From Eledone cirrhosa (taxonomy: Eukaryota): a stretch of 64,000 nt of DNA. A program made the position numbers and the translations under genes. The notes below the pieces were generated by a model that made no database searches, was not told the origin of the DNA, and saw nothing but the letters and a program-made list of their open reading frames with translations. Of the stretch, positions 57,418 to 64,000 are shown one piece after another. The DNA lies in contig OZ024745.1 of assembly GCA_964016885.1 (NCBI GenBank), forward strand, positions 87,792,001 to 87,856,000, read 5' to 3'. Numbering within the stretch: the stretch's first letter is position 1; the number at the start of each line of letters is the position of its first letter.

Positions 57418-59350
57418 GTGGAATCTACGCGCTCCTATTAGTTAAGCATATGAATAACCAGAATTTAGAAAGGATGCGTAAAAATATCAGAAAGCTTTTT
57501 AAGGAACTAGGATTAAATATTACATTTGAATATAACCTCAAAGAGGTCAATTTCCTTGATGTTACTTTGAATCTTAATACAGATACGATTAAACCGTTCC
57601 ATAAACTAAATGAGAACCTTAAATATGTAAATACGAGTTCTAACCATCCACTCTCTATAATTAAATCCATCCCTAGAAATGTTTCTCTTAGAATCTCCCG
57701 CCTGTCGTCCAACCAACAAACCTTCAAAGAACATGCCGAATATTATGATGATGCACTTAGGAAAGCCGGACACCTAGATAATATAGAGTATATAGTCGAA
57801 GATCACCAAAACACCCAAAATAAATCCCATAGGTGTAGAAATAGCACATAATCAACATACATACACTACCGCAATAGACACAATAATAGTCGCACACCAC
57901 CAAACAGAAGGCGATGTAAAGAGTATATTTGGTACAACCCGGTCTATAACAAATCTATTAAAACCAATCTACCCTCACAATTCTTTCGATTAGTTAAAAA
58001 ACACTTTCCAACATCACATAAATATAATAAAATCTTAAACCCTAACACTATTCGACTTTCATATTCAACCGCCCCTAATATTGAACAACATATAAAAAAG
58101 CTTAACGCAAAACGGTTGTATAAACGCCTTCCAACACATAACAATACACGTAAAACATTAGCTATAACATCACAAAACAACAAACAACATCCTGTCCTAC
58201 CTAAGCAACCTCATCAACCCATCCATGACAATACAACAACGCAAAATTATAATTGTAACTGTGTCCAACCAGGAATGTGTCCGTTGAACAATCAGTGTCT
58301 TGAACGGAATATCATATACAAATGTACTATCGAATCGGATAGACAGAAGTGGTACTATGTGGGATCTACAGCCACCTCCTTCAAATCACGCCTTTATAGA
58401 CATCGTTACTCGATAAAACATGAAAACCAGCGTTATGTAACAACACTCGCAGACAAGGCTTGGCAGCTGCGTGAAAATAACCAACAATTTCACCTAAAAT
58501 GGGATATAATAGCGGCTGCCCCCCCCCCCCCCCCCCATATTTCCACGGGCAGGAATTTTGTAAATTATGTAATATGGAATTATTTTGTATTATGTAATCC
58601 AAAAACATTTTATTAAATAACAGAATAAAGCGATCGTTATGCTGTAACCATCGCTTAAAATCTACATTTTCATATTATAAATACTACCAGGATTGAACGC
58701 CTGTCTCTATCTCCGTTAGATTGTCAAAATAGATATTAACATTCTCCATTAGTCTTAATTCTATCAACTCTATTATTATTTACCATTTAATATAAACTGC
58801 TATAGATAAAATGAGATTTCTGATTTCTTAATTCAATTCCCTAATGCATATACTAGCTGGCTACTAGCATTGATGTTATTCAGTAGCAATCGAAATCTCT
58901 CCCTTCCCCAATTGACACTTTATAATTAATACTACTACACCATATGACCAGCCCTGTCCACTGTCCAATTGGTCAAGTATAGATTAAAATTGGCACTCCC
59001 AAAAATTCTTATTTAGATAAAATAAACCATTTACTCATGGTATTCTCATTAGAAACCCTTTATATACTTGTTTAGCAGTAAATTGAATTACCATCTGTCA
59101 TATACTATCCCCTCTCTTCTTCCTCTACTACTAATATAAATACTTCGATTTTTCTGATTTTATCCAATTTATCCAAAATCTCTGAAGAAGTGACAACTGA
59201 TTATGCATTTGCTATCGAATACTTGCTAACATTATATGATTACGCAAGCAGCGATACATAGGTATTCCGCCTGTTACAGAAACATATGTCAATACCTAAT
59301 AAATTCCTTTTTAAAAAAAGCACTTTCATTTTATATTCATCTTTTCTACT
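57418..59350 (+). mobile_element. Penelope-like retroelement family B, right arm (inverted duplicate of 54494-56423)
   Basis: Near-identical reverse complement of the left arm with few differences (INPF/IKPF, EFYDD/EYYDD, SRNST/CRNST). It shares the in-frame TAA (57849-57851 / 55981-55983). Confidence 0.95.
59178..59294 (+). ncRNA. Hammerhead-like motif with ~90-nt stem II at the PLE-B 3' end
   Basis: CTGAAGA (59182-59188); GTGACA/TGTTAC closing stem II with inner CTTGC/GCAAG; GAAA (59279-59282); C-ATAT-G stem III; GUC ending at 59290. Stem I (ATCT vs AATA) is disrupted. Confidence 0.5.
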
Positions 59351-59450
59351 TTTTCTCCGGAATATAATTTATACTCGTTGAGCAAACCTACACGTACGCT
59401 GATCATCTCTAACGTAACGATATATTATCACTACATTATTGATAACCTGA

Positions 59451-59606
<156 letters not shown>

Positions 59607-59720
59607 AGAGCGAGATAGATGTAAAACTCCGACCGTGGCACCATATCTCTATACCCACTTTGCATCTCCCCTTGCATTGAGTACATTGATACATACATAC
59701 ATACAGGAACAAGAAATCTA

Positions 59721-60045
59721 TACCAGCCTGATATTGTTGTTTGGGACCACACATTGAAAACGTGCTCTGCTGTAGAGATCAGCTGCCCACTTGATGTCAA
59801 CGTTGTAAGAAAAATACAAGAGGACATCTACGGACCACTGATGAGGAGTTTGCAGATCCAAGATACACTTTCAGCTTCATACCCATGATTAGTGGAGCTA
59901 CAGGTTATGTACCAACCCATTTAGACCAAAGTATAACTGAACTTGGATTTGTGGATAAAGAGCGCAATCGCTATTTCAAAGTCTACAAATGGCTGCGATA
60001 GCTGGCACCTTCAAAATTTGGAAAACATTCTTGCGATTCAAGTGA
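59721..60045 (+). pseudogene. Restriction-like endonuclease C-terminus of an R4/Dong-like non-LTR retrotransposon
   Basis: PDIVVWD....C..VEISCPLDVNV..K....YGPL; after frameshifts FIPMISGATGYVP and LQMAAIAGTFKIWKTFL*. Matches the PD-(D/E)xK RLE pattern of such elements. Clade assignment is tentative. Confidence 0.7.
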
Positions 60046-61002
60046 TGACAATTTCTTTTCTTTTACAACCTTGCCATCGGGAAGGTGGCCGATCAAAAAT
60101 GTACTCGAAATTAAGAGAGAGAGAAACATATACATTATACTTACATGCATACATATAAAAAAAAGGCAGCTCTCCTTTCGTATACACGAAAAATTCATCG
60201 CAGGTGAGTTTATGGCTTATTTCCTGAAAAAACAAATTTTCAAGGACAATGCAGACGATAATTGAAGTTGGATAGTTTTCTTTCCATTTAGCACCAATGT
60301 CTGTCTGTGTAGTTAAATTCAAGTTAGATTAAATCAATTTAAGTTAAATAGATTCTATTAATTTCCAATGAAATAATTAAATTAAAAATACTCGAATATA
60401 TATGGCTTAATTTGATAAAAATTGGTAAATTAATTATTCATTTTTTTTTATTATTACAGCTAATGTTGTAATTACTTAGATTTTTCTGAATCAAATTTGT
60501 TTTGGCAACACTGATATCAAATCGTAATGGTGGATAGACGTATATTAAGTGAAATTATACTAAGGGAAAGTCTGTTGGGATTCAACTTATCTCACATTAA
60601 ATGTGACGGAGGTATATTTGTATTAATAAATAAACATTAGATATAGATATGGTGGTATAGGTGTAAACATGTTCTAGTTACTATGCTGATAGAGGTTACA
60701 GTTAAAAGATGATGTTACCAGATTGGTTATTAGATGTCTCAGTTTAGGATGAAAGTGTATAATCCGACAGTATAAATGTGCCCACCACTTGGGATAATTT
60801 CATCGAATTGCATATAGAACCTATGGTTATATTCATAAGTGAAGGAATTTAATCACAATAATATATTTAGATCTTTTTGTGAATGGCAATTACAGTAGTG
60901 AAAGTCCTGTTTGCGAATAGACGGTGAACTCCCTTTGGTGCTACTTCTTTTAAGTAGATAAAACATCACGTCATGGGCATGATAGCGGTAGCATATTATA
61001 TA

Positions 61003-61178
61003 GGGCGGTGGATTGGTAGTATCGGTAGAGCGTCAGACACCATGCTTTGCTGTGCAGAGTTATGACCATTTACGTTCTAAGTTCCAATCCCCCCGATCTT
61101 ACAGGGTCGATAAACTAAAGTAGCAGTAATGAACTAGGGTAATTATTGGCCTTGTGCCAAAAGTAGAAACAATTATAT
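61003..61178 (+). mobile_element. tRNA-derived SINE (same family as 49764-49885)
   Basis: A-box-like TGGTAGTATCGG, B-box-like AGTTCCAATCC, GGGTCGATAAA core and the same tail. Confidence 0.8.
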
Positions 61179-61741
61179 TATGGCCAAGAGTGTAAGATCC
61201 TAGTTATGTTATAGGCCCAATATTTTAGGCTGTATTGTAGCCTATCACAATCACCGTTATATGACCCAAACTGACTGGATAAAATATTAGTTTACATATA
61301 TAAGACTTATAAATTATGTGTGCACATACTCAACACTTTCTGTGATTTTTATACATGTGCATCTGCTGTTTTGGTAAAGAAGAAGTTATGCATAATTTAC
61401 AGGATTTTAAGCCCTCCTCGTGGAGGTCCTAACTTTATTCATTCTTTTAGGCTGATGTAGCTGGCTGTTAATGTTGCGTTTCATTGCATTGAGTTGAGAA
61501 ACGAGTTCAAATATACACTCACTAAGATACATAGATGTTCCTTCTTATCAATATACCTCTAATCTCTATATAGAATTGTATATCTTGTGATTCGTAGGGC
61601 ACCGAAATTGATACATACACACACACACATTCACTCACTCATATATATAGGCATGTGTGAGTATGTAAAAGGTAAACAAAAATAACAAAGCAAACGACAC
61701 AGTACATTGAAGAAATATAATTACACACACACACACACATA

Positions 61742-61805
<64 letters not shown>

Positions 61806-61860
61806 GGATTTAAAACTGCACTATCCACAAGTGTTTTTTAGCCTTCATATCATGTTCTCC

Positions 61861-61931
61861 TGTTTTATCTGATGAAAACACAAATATTATTGCATGATGA
61901 TGTTTGTTTTTGAAATGCGCATAATAAAATA
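61861..61931 (+). ncRNA. Minimal type I hammerhead ribozyme
   Basis: Stem I TGTTTTAT/ATAAAATA; CTGATGA (61869-61875); 16-position stem II with one mismatch and a GCAT loop; GAAA (61912-61915); T-GCGC-A stem III; AUA triplet ending at 61923. Confidence 0.85.
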
Positions 61932-62063
61932 CATGGAACTCCTTTAACCATCTTTTGATCTTATATTATATATATATATGTACATATACATATACATACA
62001 AGCTCATACACACACTCATACACAGATACACACATACACACATACACACACACACACAGACAC

Positions 62064-62142
<79 letters not shown>

Positions 62143-62188
62143 TATATAATATAATAAATAACAAAGAACGCCTATAGCATATGCATAT

Positions 62189-62246
62189 CTTTACTTGCTA
62201 ACATTGTTTCATCCGCACTATAAGTGGGACTCATCAGAGCATAAAG
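62189..62246 (-). ncRNA. Minimal type I hammerhead ribozyme
   Basis: Minus strand CTTTATGCT CTGATGA GTCC CAC TTATA GTG C GGAT GAAA C AAT G TT AGCA AG TAAAG. All three stems are present. Confidence 0.75.
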
Positions 62247-62347
62247 GTTAATTACATACCACACAAGCAATAACAAATCCAAGACATTGAAGAATGAAAA
62301 ATAATAGAAGATAAAGGATATTAAGGAAGTAAAAATAAAAATAAGGA

Positions 62348-62558
62348 TAAAAATAAAAATAAAAATAAAAATAAAAATAAAAATAAAAATAAAAATAAAA
62401 ATAAAAATAAAAATAAAAATAAAAATAAAAATAAAAATAAAAATAAAAATAAAAATAAAAATAAAAATAAAAATAAAAATAAAAATAAAAATAAAAATAA
62501 AAATAAAAATAAAAATAAAAATAAAAATAAAAATAAAAATAAAAATAAAAATAAAAAT
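62348..62558. repeat. (AAAAAT)n hexanucleotide microsatellite
   Basis: Directly visible, about 35 near-perfect units. Confidence 0.97.
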
Positions 62559-62980
62559 AATAAAATAAACAATGAAAAATAAGGGGTGCTATCAGTCACA
62601 GTTGGGCGGGGTGCTGTCAACATATAGTTACATACAAGCATACACATGGATAAGAGAACAGACAAGAGTAGATAAGATAGATAGGATTAGGTAAGAGTAG
62701 GTAAAAAATAGGTGAAAAACAGACTTATAATATATATAAGAAAATATAAAAAAATATAACAAACTTACATATAAAATATAAAATATAAAATATACAGATA
62801 ATAGTGATACAGGGTAAGGAATGAAATAAAATAATATAAAATTAAAGTTAAAATTATATAAAATTATATAAAAATATATATATATATAACAAAGGAAATG
62901 TGGTAAGGAACCAGATGGACCATAACACACCAGAGTACTCAATACTTAGGGTAGTAGAGTGGGAAATAGGAAAAAGTATG

Positions 62981-63076
62981 ACCCCGACAGCAGAGATCAA
63001 ACCGTTTCGACGGCTATTTCTGGACTAAATTAGAATTTTTACCCTGGTGAATAAATAGCCGAACTTGTCAAGGGGG
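62981..63076 (-). ncRNA. Type I hammerhead ribozyme motif, U3-A8 core variant (second copy)
   Basis: Minus strand CCCCC TTGACAA G TT CGGCTATTT...AAATAGCCG T C GAAA CGGT TTGATCTCT GCTG TC GGGGT. Confidence 0.7.
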
Positions 63077-63354
63077 TACTTCTTTATATGGGAAGATTGT
63101 AGTTGTCAAGAGGATTGGTTAAAATTTGTTGTAAACACAAATAAGTCTATCATGGCATTTGGTGGGGGGTAGGGGTGGCTGAACTTGCCTGTAGAACAAT
63201 AGGGGAGTGAGTGGAGCGGACAAGCGTTGAAAGTGATATGTATACAGCAGATTCTAAGGATAGTGTATGAAGTGGAGGAGGGAGGTTATAGAACAGGTAA
63301 ATCGAATGAGAGTAGGAGACAATAAAAGATAATAGAAATAAATAAAAATTAAAT

Positions 63355-64000
63355 ACTATATTTATTGCTGGTCTATATTTTTGAATAAACATATTTTCCT
63401 TATTTATTCGTATTTGTTCTGTTGTATTGTCAGCTCAAAGATAACATGGGAAGACTTGGAATTTGGGTGTCTTATTACTTCCGCATATGTCTAGATGTGC
63501 ACTGAGTGGTATCTGTCTTGTGGTAGGATCTCGTAATTGTTGGCGATGAACTGTCATTCTGTTTCTGAGTGTGAGTTCAGTTTGTCCTATATAATCTTCA
63601 TTGCATCCTTCACATTTAATGGCATGAAGTAGATTTTTTGATGAGCAAGTGAAGTGATTTTTTACTGCAACATTTTGTCCTTATTGAAAGGTATACGCGT
63701 TGGCTTCAATGAGGTGAGTGCAGGTTCCACAATTAGAGCGACAGCAATCTTTGATAGTTGGTTGTGGGTTTGTGATAGGTAATTTGGCATTGGTGAGTAA
63801 TGTTTTTAATGATTTCGGTTGTCTTTTGCCTTTGATTATTTTGTGTGTTTCAAGAGCATTTTTCATTCTTGGGTCTTGTTTAAAATAGTGGAATGTTCTT
63901 TTGAATAGTGTTGTAAGCTTCCGCATTTCTTGGGTTGTGTGTTGAGATATATGATAGAATATTGGACATACCTTGAATTTGTTTGTTTTCGTAATTCATC
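63355..64000 (-). mobile_element. Penelope-like retroelement family C: Cys-rich linker + GIY-YIG endonuclease pseudogene (continues beyond the window)
   Basis: KRQPKSLKTLL...CCRSNCGTC...FTCSSKNLLHAIKCEGCNEDYIGQTELTLRNRMTVHRQQ...HL..C...KENMFIQKY, with two stops. The Cys-rich linker resembles Neptune-type PLEs (tentative). Confidence 0.85.

Noticed and set aside
55981-57851. Programmed readthrough or selenocysteine at the in-frame stops of PLE-B
   Set aside because: The stops are TAA, not TGA, and additional frameshift damage near the poly-C tract indicates ordinary decay.
59836-59870. CTGATGAGG hammerhead core
   Set aside because: It lies in the coding frame (GPLMRS) of the RLE retrotransposon relic, with no GAAA or stems.

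Overview
Repeat-dominated, AT-rich animal genomic DNA. The (TA)n density and SINE types resemble octopus/cephalopod genomes, which is an inference. No intact host gene is evident. About 38 kb (6.0-43.9 kb) is one A/C-rich minisatellite with an 81-84 bp dimeric unit and kilobase-scale higher-order structure. Its >10,000-aa ORFs follow from a near-invariant A at every third base, while the mucin-like frame carries many TAA stops. The flanks hold Penelope-like retroelements (PLEs) of three families, RTE and R4-like LINE relics, tRNA-derived SINEs and a fold-back element. The most notable unannotated signals are: (1) a cluster of type I hammerhead ribozyme motifs at 46-63 kb, including two copies of a U3-A8 core variant; (2) a 4.9 kb PLE palindrome whose junction carries reiterated 9-nt repeats and an exact deletion of the catalytic RDD codons; (3) an RTE LINE with a twin-priming-type 5' inversion and an 11-bp target-site duplication.
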